From: Microcystis aeruginosa NIES-843
GTDB lineage: Bacteria; Cyanobacteriota; Cyanobacteriia; Cyanobacteriales; Microcystaceae
Assembly: GCF_000010625.1 (NCBI RefSeq)
Contig: NC_010296.1
Location: forward strand, 3,450,001 to 3,482,000
DNA: 32,000 nt
Direction of reading: 5' to 3'
The notes beneath the pieces are model-generated. The model did no database searches and was not told the DNA's origin. It was given only the letters and a program-made list of their open reading frames with translations. Positions 23,331 to 30,965 of the stretch are shown here, one piece after another. Both the position numbers and the translations under genes were made by a program. The stretch's first letter is position 1. Each line of letters starts with the position of its first letter.

Positions 23331-24550
23331 TAGACCTCTTGCATAATTTTTTTATGGTATAATATAAGGTTTTGCTTTTTTCTCAATTCTTAGATTGAAG
23401 TGGAAAAAAGAATAAAATGTGATCTTAGGTCAGGAAATCATCTATAATTTTGCTATGTTTATTAGCAAAATTATGGATTATCAAAACTTATCAGATGAAC
23501 AATTCAAACGCCGTTTCGGTGTGTACAAACAAACATATAGAAAGATGGTAGAATCAGTAAAAAGTGTTGAAGCCGACTCTAATTCACCATCTAAAAGGGG
23601 ACCGAAACCTAAACTATCTATAGAAGAACAAGTTTTAGTAACGTTAGAATATTGGCGAGAATATAGAACATATTTTCACATTGGTACAAGCTGGGAACTA
23701 TCAGAATCAACTATATGTCGGATTGTAAATAAGACGGAAAAAATGCTTTTACAATCGGGAAACTTCCGTTTAAAAGGAAAAAAAGCTTTACTCAATCAAG
23801 CAGAGATACCGGTCATAACGGTAATGGATGTAACGGAAACTCCCATTGAACGCCCCCAAAAGAAACAGAAAGATTTTTTTTCGGGTAAAAGAGGTTATCA
23901 TACTTTAAAATCCCAATTAGTAGCTGATCAAAATACAGAGGAAATTATCTGTGTCTTCTGTGGGAAAGGTAGAGGTCATGATTTTAGTTTATTTAAAAAA
24001 AGTCGAGTTCGTTTTCATCCTTTAACTACCAGCATAGAAGACAGTGGTTATCAGGGAATAGCTGCATACCATAGTAATAGTTATACACCGAAAAAGAAAT
24101 CGAAAAATAGAAAATTAACAGAGTTAGAAAAAGAGTATAACAAGGCTTTAGCTAAAGAAAGGATTATCATTGAACATATAAATAGGAAACTCAAAATCTT
24201 TAAAATCTTATCCTGTAAATATCGGAATCGTCGTCGAAGATATAGTTTAAGAGTTAACTTGTTGGCGGCTATTTATAACTGTGAGTTAGGGATAGGTATA
24301 GCAGCTTCTTAAAAGTTGCCTAAAGATTAATCAAGTCAAGGAGAATTTATTCTCAATTATAAAAATTGAGATAGTTTGTGCCGCTTAAATAAAGAGGTTT
24401 TGATAACCAAATTAAAGCAGCTCTAAAGAGTTTTGAGTTAAAAGTTAAACTTCAAGTTTTCATTCAGGACGAATGTACTGATTAACTAATTTTTTGGGGA
24501 AAATTAGTTAACCCATCATTATAACATATAATTAATTTGCAAGAGTTCTA
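23331..24550 (+). mobile_element. IS5-superfamily (DDE_Tnp_4, PIF/Harbinger-like) insertion sequence (about 1.2 kb)
   Basis: Imperfect TIRs TAGACCTCTTGCATAATTT... / ...AAATTTGCAAGAGTTCTA enclosing a single transposase ORF. Target duplication not resolved. Confidence 0.65.
23473..24312 (+). CDS. DDE_Tnp_4-type transposase
   Basis: MDVTETPIERPQKKQKDFFSGKRGYHTLKSQLV...GRGHDFSLFK...EDSGYQG...ERIIIEHINRKLKIFKIL pattern. Start taken at MDYQNLSDEQF; the track start is 23419. Confidence 0.8.
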   Translation: MDYQNLSDEQFKRRFGVYKQTYRKMVESVKSVEADSNSPSKRGPKPKLSIEEQVLVTLEYWREYRTYFHIGTSWELSESTICRIVNKTEKMLLQSGNFRLKGKKALLNQAEIPVITVMDVTETPIERPQKKQKDFFSGKRGYHTLKSQLVADQNTEEIICVFCGKGRGHDFSLFKKSRVRFHPLTTSIEDSGYQGIAAYHSNSYTPKKKSKNRKLTELEKEYNKALAKERIIIEHINRKLKIFKILSCKYRNRRRRYSLRVNLLAAIYNCELGIGIAAS

Positions 24551-24742
24551 ATATTTGCCATCTCTGCTTTTAGTAAGTATCAATAAAATCAACCGGAAAA
24601 AGGGGATTGCCGAATGAAGAATAAGAAAGCGGAATTCAGAGAAGGAGGAAGGGAGTGAAGTCAATGTTAAGGAGCGGCTCTAATAATCGAAAAGCCAAAA
24701 TTATCAAATCATCGCCTAATTCGGCGAAACTGGTCAAAAAAT

Positions 24743-25456
24743 ATGGATAAAGTGCGGGTTATCGTTGTAGAAGATCACGATTTAACGCGCATGGGCTTAG
24801 TGGTGGCTCTCCAGCATCGGGAAGGTATTCAAGTGGTAGGGGAAGCGATCAGTGGATTACAGGGACTGAAACTGCTAGAGGAGACTAAACCCGATGTAGC
24901 GATCATCGATATAGGTTTGCCTATGATCGATGGGATCGAGTTAGTGCGACGCTTCCAACAAAATCGGGGCGAAGACCCCCTGGCCACGAAAATCCTCATG
25001 CTAACCATGCACAAAACCCAAGAACAGGTTTTAGCGGCTTTTAGTGCTGGGGCTGATTCCTACTGTATGAAGGATATTAGCATTGATAAGTTAATCGAGG
25101 CGATTTATTCCACCCACGAAGGCAATCATTGGCTTGACCCTGCGATCGCCAATATTGTTCTGCAACAAGTGCGCCAAAATGTTCCCGTCGGTGCGGCTGC
25201 CGGGACCAAAACAGTGATAATTCAAGGCGTTGACCGAGAATATCACCAATTGCTGGAAAATGCCCCCCTAACGGCACGAGAGCGAGAAATTCTCGATCTG
25301 ATTGTCGCGGGTTGTAGTAATGCCGAGATTGCCAAGCGACTCTATATCACCATCGGCACGGTGAAAACCCATGTCCGCAATGTCTTAAATAAACTCTCTG
25401 TGGATGATCGGACTCAAGCGGCAGTGCTGGCCCTGCGATCGGGATTAGTGGATTAA
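24743..25456 (+). CDS. NarL/FixJ-family response regulator (REC + LuxR-type HTH)
   Basis: REC motifs VEDHDL and DVAIIDIGLPMIDG. C-terminal LTAREREILDLIVAGCSNAEIAKRLYITIGTVKTHVRNVLNKL. No adjacent histidine kinase. Confidence 0.9.
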   Translation: MDKVRVIVVEDHDLTRMGLVVALQHREGIQVVGEAISGLQGLKLLEETKPDVAIIDIGLPMIDGIELVRRFQQNRGEDPLATKILMLTMHKTQEQVLAAFSAGADSYCMKDISIDKLIEAIYSTHEGNHWLDPAIANIVLQQVRQNVPVGAAAGTKTVIIQGVDREYHQLLENAPLTAREREILDLIVAGCSNAEIAKRLYITIGTVKTHVRNVLNKLSVDDRTQAAVLALRSGLVD

Positions 25457-25489
25457 AAAAACCGGCATCCTACCCGGGTAGGATGCCGG
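25454..25489 (-). terminator. Intrinsic terminator of prk (hairpin + T7 on the minus strand), shared intergenic with the convergent response regulator
   Basis: Perfect palindrome CCGGCATCCTACCC/GGGTAGGATGCCGG at 25462-25489, followed on the minus strand by TTTTTTT (25461-25455). Confidence 0.7.
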
Positions 25490-25507
25490 CTCGGTCAAAA
25501 CTAGAAA

Positions 25508-26509
25508 CTAGACTTGGGCTGCCACTTTTGATTCAGCGGCCATTAGTTTTTCGTAGGTTTCACGCATTTTGAGACCGACTAACACTTGGAATAAACCCGT
25601 ACCATTGGTAGAACCGGGATAATCCTTGTGTTTGAGCAGTAATTCCGTCATTTCACCGTAGTATTTAGTGCCGGTTTTGCTCAAATGGCTTTCGATGTAG
25701 ATCATTTCTTCGAGGTTATCGAATTGACCATCTAGTTCCAGAATCGACACTTCATTCCCCAAGAAGCCATCTGGACCATAGTAGAGTTTAATGCCGGGAT
25801 AAGCGCAGGTCAATTTACGACCACAGGGCCGCCAATCGATGGTGGAACCTTCATCAAACAGATAAGCGGGTTCAAAGTTTTCTACCCCTTCTTTCTGGAT
25901 TAAACGGACCCGTAGTAACTTACTTTCGTGATCTTCAAGTAATTGGGTGGGCAGCACTTGAATCACCACGTCAGCGTACTGTCTTTGGGGATCGATATAG
26001 GCACTGAAATCCGGTTTTCTAGAATTAATAGCCGCCATCACATCATCATAGGTGTGACCGCGCTCGGCCATATCCCGTTGAATTTTCCAGTTAACTTTGA
26101 CTTCATCGCTAATATCGAGATAAACGCTGAAATCTAATAGGGCCCGGACTCGTTCATCATATAAGGGGTGCAGTCCCTCGATCACGATTACCTTATTCGG
26201 TTCGATGATTTCGGGGGGATCGATCATCCCCGTTTCATGATTATAAATAGGTTTATTAATGGCTTGACCTTCCTTGAGAGCTTTAATCTGCTCGTACATC
26301 AGGTCAAAGTTATTCGCTTTCGGATTGAGTGCGGTGACACCCACCTCTTTTCTCTGTTTGCGATCGAGACAATGGTAGTCATCTAAACAGATCACTGTCA
26401 TAAACTCGGCCCCGAATAAATCCGTCAAACGACGTAAAAAAGTAGACTTCCCACAACCGGAGTCCCCAGCTACACCGATTAGAACCACGCGCTCTGGCTT
26501 ATTGGCCAT
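25508..26509 (-). CDS. prk: Phosphoribulokinase
   Basis: 333 aa. P-loop GVAGDSGCGKSTFLRRL. VICLDDYH and EGLHPLYDERV are typical of cyanobacterial/plant PRK. Confidence 0.95.
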   Translation of the reverse strand: MANKPERVVLIGVAGDSGCGKSTFLRRLTDLFGAEFMTVICLDDYHCLDRKQRKEVGVTALNPKANNFDLMYEQIKALKEGQAINKPIYNHETGMIDPPEIIEPNKVIVIEGLHPLYDERVRALLDFSVYLDISDEVKVNWKIQRDMAERGHTYDDVMAAINSRKPDFSAYIDPQRQYADVVIQVLPTQLLEDHESKLLRVRLIQKEGVENFEPAYLFDEGSTIDWRPCGRKLTCAYPGIKLYYGPDGFLGNEVSILELDGQFDNLEEMIYIESHLSKTGTKYYGEMTELLLKHKDYPGSTNGTGLFQVLVGLKMRETYEKLMAAESKVAAQV

Positions 26510-26529
26510 AGTTTCCCTCTAAATACACG

Positions 26530-26700
26530 ACTAATTGTTAACCCATAGTAGTAATTAAACCAGACTCTGGATCCAGCAGCACCCCGCCGCCACAAATTTC
26601 TGCTGCTGACAGGTTCGGCAAGAGTCTCACGCTAGATTGACATCCTCGCCGCCGTAAAACGGACGGCGATTCCCAAACCTCACGATTTGGGTTTCTGCTT
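26530..26700 (-). ncRNA. Putative omega-RNA (reRNA) scaffold at the TnpB 3' end
   Basis: By analogy with characterised TnpB systems, the guide RNA derives from the tnpB 3' end or right end. The region contains three stem-loops (CCCAAA/TTTGGG, CGCCG.../...CGGCG, CAGCAGCA/TGCTGCTG). Ends not determinable from sequence alone. Confidence 0.35.
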
Positions 26701-27867
26701 CTTTCCCTTGCGGGGTTCCGCACCTGCCTTAACAGATTTACTCTGTTCTGGTCTTATGGTCGCTCTACAGACTGACACCGCAAGCCCTGCGGCCAAAATA
26801 TTTTTACTCGCGTTAATATCTCGGTCATGGTGAGTCCCACAGTCTGGACAGTCCCATTCTCGAATATTTAACGGCATTTTTTCAGCAATATACCCGCAAT
26901 TACTACATCTTTTAGAGCTAGGAAACCATCTATCTATTTCGATGTAGTTTCTCCCATACCAACGGCATTTATAGGCTAATTGTCGAGTGATTTCTCCCCA
27001 ACTAACGTCAGATATTGCCTGAGATAATTTCGGGTTTTTGACCATATTCTTGACGGCTAAGTTCTCAACCACAATCGTTTGGTTTTCACGAACTAATTGA
27101 GTGGTTAGCTTGTGTAAATGGTCTTTTCTGTTATCGGTGATTCGAGCGTGAATCTTGGCTACTTTGATTCTCGCTTTTTCCCGATTTTTTGACCCTTTCT
27201 GTTTTCGAGAAAGACTTTTAGATGCTCTTCGCAGTCTCCGATAATGCTTTTTAAAATGCTCAGGATTAGATACTTTGTCACCATCGCTGGTAATGACAAG
27301 GCTACTAATTCCTAAGTCAATTCCAATGGCTTTATCTGTTACTGGTAATGGCTTAATCGTTGGGTCATCAAATCTTATTGAGATATGCCAACGTCCTGAA
27401 GGATGTAATCTGACTGTTACTGTGCTTGGTTCACAGCTTTCTGGGATGTGTCTTGACCATCGAATAGGTAAAGGTTCTGTGCATTTAGCTAAATAGATTT
27501 GTCTGTCTTTAATTGTAAAAGCAGATTTGGTAAATTCGGCACTTCCTCCCTGATGTTTTTTCTTAAAGTTAGGATACTTAGTACGACCAGCAAAGAAATT
27601 AGTGAAAGCTGTTTGTAAATGTCTTAACCCTTGTTGTAAGGGTACACAGCTTACTTCATTGAGAAAGTTTAATTCTTCTTGCTTTTTCCAATCGGTTAGC
27701 ATTGAAGAAGTTTGAGCGTAGCCTACTCTTTCTTGTCTTTCGTACCATGCTTGTGTTCTGACATGGAGAGCTTTATTGTAAACTAATCTTACACAGCCCA
27801 AAGTGCGCCGCAATAGCGACTCTTGTTCTGGTGTTGGGTAAAATCGAAACGAATAGGCTTTCTCCAT
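26680..27867 (-). CDS. tnpB: TnpB (IS605 OrfB) RNA-guided endonuclease-like protein
   Basis: 395 aa. N-terminus YSFRFYPTPEQESLLRRTLGCVRLVYNKAL. RuvC-like IGIDLG, VVENL, and zinc ribbon CSNCG...CPDCG followed by HDRDINASKNI. Confidence 0.9.
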   Translation of the reverse strand: MEKAYSFRFYPTPEQESLLRRTLGCVRLVYNKALHVRTQAWYERQERVGYAQTSSMLTDWKKQEELNFLNEVSCVPLQQGLRHLQTAFTNFFAGRTKYPNFKKKHQGGSAEFTKSAFTIKDRQIYLAKCTEPLPIRWSRHIPESCEPSTVTVRLHPSGRWHISIRFDDPTIKPLPVTDKAIGIDLGISSLVITSDGDKVSNPEHFKKHYRRLRRASKSLSRKQKGSKNREKARIKVAKIHARITDNRKDHLHKLTTQLVRENQTIVVENLAVKNMVKNPKLSQAISDVSWGEITRQLAYKCRWYGRNYIEIDRWFPSSKRCSNCGYIAEKMPLNIREWDCPDCGTHHDRDINASKNILAAGLAVSVCRATIRPEQSKSVKAGAEPRKGKKQKPKS

Positions 27868-28005
27868 ACCTCACATTTTAGCATATATTTCGCAAATGTG
27901 CTAATATTTAACAGTAAAGCCGTCGTAGAACGACGGGGTTTCAGACCCAAATTTTCGATGAGTAGGTATTTGATCCTAGATTCTCTGTTCAGATCATACC
28001 GGAAT

Positions 28006-28060
28006 CAGTGACCAAAATCAGTTATCAGTAATCAGTTATCAGTAAACAGTGATCAGTGAA
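28006..28060. repeat. Heptanucleotide tract (CAGTTAT/CAGTAAT/CAGTGAT variants)
   Basis: Read directly. Inverse complement of the 28124-28158 tract. Confidence 0.9.
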
Positions 28061-28123
28061 AGGACAGCACTGTTAATGCTATTTCATCCTCCTCACTTAA
28101 TACCCCTGACTAAAAACCCAGAG

Positions 28124-28158
28124 CTGATAACTGATCACTGATCACTGATTACTGACAG
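28124..28158. repeat. Heptanucleotide tract (CTGATAA/CTGATCA/CTGATTA x5) overlapping the 3' end of the GGDEF-EAL gene
   Basis: Read directly. The gene stop codon (28135-28137) and last ~7 codons (LSVISDQ) lie inside the tract. Confidence 0.9.
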
Positions 28159-29955
28159 GCTGCGGTGGATGTGGAGAAATTTAGTCATTTCCTCCACTGC
28201 TAGAGGGCCACTGATGCGATTGCCTTGCATTCTCTCGCAACCTAATTCTTGCAGGATTTCTAATTGTTGTTGGGTTTCTACTCCCTTGGCGATCACTATT
28301 AAGTTAAAACTTTTCGCTATCGCCAGCAATGACGAGATAAAACGGGTATCTTGGGGATTATTACTCAGGTTTTTCGTTAAAGATTGCTCTATTTTCAGTT
28401 TTTTCACGGAAAATTGACCGAGATAGGCGATCGACGCGTAACCGCTGCCAAAATCATCGAGGGTGATCCCAATACCCAATTCCTGCAAATCCCCAAGAAT
28501 TCGAACGGTTTCACGGCTATTTTCTAGTAAACTTGTCTCGGTTATTTCCATCTCCAGAAAGAAAGGCCCGATTTGGGTTTCAGTCAAGACTTCTTTGAGG
28601 ATGGTGAGCAACTGCGGATCCCGCAATTGGTGCGGGGACAGATTGATCGAGATGGGAGTGTATAATAATCCTCGCTGCTGCCATATTTGTGCTTGTTGAC
28701 AGGCATTTTTCAGCACCCAACGATTAAGCTCAAGGATTAACTCGCTTTCTTGGATTAAGGGTAAGAAACGATTAGGAGCGATTAATCCGAATTGAGGGTG
28801 TAACCAGCGCAATAATACCTCTAACCCTTCCACTTGTCCCTGAGTCATATTAACTTGCGGTTGATAGTAAAGAGCTAATTCATTATTTCTGATTGCCTGA
28901 TAGAGAAAATATTCAACTTTAGAACTACGAGTATTTTTAGGGTGAACATTAACTGACTCTATCCTGGAGTTATTATTGATATTATTCTTGACCGCTACTA
29001 AATTTTCCTCCAGTTTCTGTAAAATCATTTTTCTGTCTGTGCCGACGGGGGGACAGATAACTGAACCTAAATTTAATCGCACGGCTAGGGAGTGATTTTC
29101 GATTTCGTAATTATTTTCTAGGGTTTTAATAATTCTTTGACTAACTTTTTCCAGATCATTAGCATTATTAATTTGTGGCAGCAGGATAATAAATTCGTCC
29201 CCTCCCCAACGAGCGACTATATCCCCCGATCTCAAATTTTTTCTTAACCGTTCACTGACGATTTTTAATAGCTTATCTCCCAGTCGATAACCTAGTCGAT
29301 TGTTGACATTTCTTAGCCGCTCTACATCCACTAATAACAGACCGAGCAGTTGATTACTTTTCTGGGCATTATTAATAGCATTTGACAGATATTCATTAAA
29401 GATAGAACGGTTAGGCAAATTCGTGAGAGGATCTAGGAAAGATTCCCCTTGAGTCCTGTTATCAAAACTAATGGTCTGGGATGGGGAATGATGGAGAATT
29501 AGGGTACTTTTTGTGTGGAGGTCATCCCGGCTATAATTTGCTTCATTTTCCGTCAGATACACTCGTAGCTGTCCTGAACTTTTAACCGGTGCTTGCTCTA
29601 TTTTTTCTTGACTGGCTATTAAATGAAAACTGGCATTTATATCACAGCCAAAGTTAATTAAATCACCATCTTTTAATTCATGAACCAAGCATTTAGATCC
29701 ATTGATATAAATACCATTATGACTTTTATTCCCCTCTAAATCACCATCAAGAATCCAATAGGAAAAATTTTGGCGATCAAGACTCTTTTTAATTAAAGTC
29801 GCATGATTGCGAGACGCGTATTTGGAGCGAAGAACAATTTGATTATCGGACTTACGGCCGAGAGAATATTTCATGTCTTCTAGGGTAATTGTTCTTCTCC
29901 CTTGAGGATCTTCCACAATGAGCAGATAACGGGAATTGGATGAACCATTAATCAT
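28135..29955 (-). CDS. FHA-GGDEF-EAL cyclic-di-GMP signalling protein
   Basis: FHA: YSLGRKSDNQIVL...SRNHATL...SHNGIYING. GGDEF: RSGDIVARWGGDEFIILL, with an RxxD I-site 5 residues upstream. EAL: LEVLLRW, INLS, EMEITE, LDDFGSGYAS. Confidence 0.9.
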   Translation of the reverse strand: MINGSSNSRYLLIVEDPQGRRTITLEDMKYSLGRKSDNQIVLRSKYASRNHATLIKKSLDRQNFSYWILDGDLEGNKSHNGIYINGSKCLVHELKDGDLINFGCDINASFHLIASQEKIEQAPVKSSGQLRVYLTENEANYSRDDLHTKSTLILHHSPSQTISFDNRTQGESFLDPLTNLPNRSIFNEYLSNAINNAQKSNQLLGLLLVDVERLRNVNNRLGYRLGDKLLKIVSERLRKNLRSGDIVARWGGDEFIILLPQINNANDLEKVSQRIIKTLENNYEIENHSLAVRLNLGSVICPPVGTDRKMILQKLEENLVAVKNNINNNSRIESVNVHPKNTRSSKVEYFLYQAIRNNELALYYQPQVNMTQGQVEGLEVLLRWLHPQFGLIAPNRFLPLIQESELILELNRWVLKNACQQAQIWQQRGLLYTPISINLSPHQLRDPQLLTILKEVLTETQIGPFFLEMEITETSLLENSRETVRILGDLQELGIGITLDDFGSGYASIAYLGQFSVKKLKIEQSLTKNLSNNPQDTRFISSLLAIAKSFNLIVIAKGVETQQQLEILQELGCERMQGNRISGPLAVEEMTKFLHIHRSLSVISDQ

Positions 29956-30044
29956 TTTTTCGGTACCTCGACAAAATATAAGTTAATATGCTCCCTCAAA
30001 AAGTCATGGCTTATTCGTCTTTGACTTAATTTATTTTCTCAATA

Positions 30045-30345
30045 AAGTGTTGGGTGTGATTCGGAACAGTTACTTAACAAGAATTGAGTCACATCTTCTG
30101 GTTTCAAGGCCTGAGTAACCCAAAATCTTTGTACTTCTTCAAATTCTGTACTAGGCCGATTATAGTCGATAACATGGCTAAATGCTCGGTTTTTGATGGT
30201 AAAGATGGGATAAAGGTTCGCTCTTCAAGCTGTCGAGGGGATATTTATCAATATAACTTAAGAAGGAATAGCCAGCATCAAAATTATCTAAAACTAACTG
30301 TACCCCTAATTCCTTGGCTTAAAGCTGACCCCGCTTTCAGGGGGT
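30045..30345 (-). pseudogene. Degraded EAL-domain gene fragment
   Basis: Minus-strand translation gives KELGVQLVLDNFDAGYSFLSYIDKYPLDSLK (compare LGV.IALDDFGTGYSSLSYLK..P.D.LKID), with an in-frame stop just upstream. A frameshift precedes ...STEFEEVQRFWVTQALKPEDVTQFLL. Confidence 0.5.
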
Positions 30346-30365
30346 CTTAACGAGTAATTTAGATA

Positions 30366-30577
30366 GGGCTTGCTGAATAAATCTAAAAACCTTGTTGGGT
30401 AAGACTTTTAGACTTTTTGTCAATCAAAAAGTACCAGTTGTGGGAGAGATAGGGGGAAAATTCTGGGACTTTTTCTCTGAAAATTAGGTAATTGACCAGA
30501 TGAGAATCGGTAAAACCCTACACCCCACACCCCACACCCCACACCCTGTCCCCACGAAAAACTTTTTCAGCAGACCC
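30366..30577 (-). mobile_element. 212-bp MITE, third (inverted, diverged) copy, TAGATA target duplication
   Basis: TAGATA at 30360-30365 and 30578-30583. Reverse complement aligns with 6249-6460 with scattered substitutions. Confidence 0.85.
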
Positions 30578-30965
30578 TAGATAGTCAACAGCTTACCGAC
30601 AATCAGCAATTATCAGTCATCCTTAAACTGGTACAAATGTATGGACAACCCCCTGTAAGCATCCCACTTGCTCCCGCTAATGCTTTCCAGCGTTTGGGGG
30701 AGACAGTTCCTCCACGGACATCTGATAGCAAATCGGTTTTTAGTGGTACGATTAACTGCCAATCAAACTTGAAAAACCCGCTCCCTTCTCCCCACTTCCC
30801 ACTTCCCACTCCCCAACGGAGGGTTTGGGGGGTAGAATCCCCCAAGAGTCAAAGATTAAGTGATAAAATCGGAAATAACAGCCAATTCTAGCCGAGAGTT
30901 TCCCTTTAAAAATCCCAACCTAGTAAATTTACAAAAATGAGAGGCAACCGACAGGAGTTCTCCCT

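Larger units (their letters stand above)
26530..27960 (-). mobile_element. TnpB-only IS200/IS605-family (IS1341-like) element; boundaries approximate
   Basis: tnpB ORF with subterminal hairpins on both sides (CCGTCGT-AGA-ACGACGG at 27920-27936; CGCCGCCGT-AAA-ACGGACGGCG at 26647-26668). No tnpA (Y1 transposase) present. Confidence 0.7.

Noticed and set aside
24664-24750. 28-codon basic upstream ORF (MLRSGSNNRKAKIIKSSPNSAKLVKKYG) overlapping the response-regulator start (ATGGATAA)
   Set aside because: It is too short, has no clear RBS, and conservation cannot be assessed here. It is kept only as a note.
26538-26723. 61-aa minus-strand ORF overlapping the tnpB 3' end
   Set aside because: It lies in the structured right-end / putative omega-RNA region, overlaps tnpB out of frame, and has an Arg/Pro-rich, non-protein-like composition.
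30603-30891. Overlapping 80-aa (minus) and 84-aa (plus) ORFs
   Set aside because: They are mutually antisense and run through a CCCCACTTCCC-type repeat. No motifs were recognised, so they are probably non-coding or decayed DNA.
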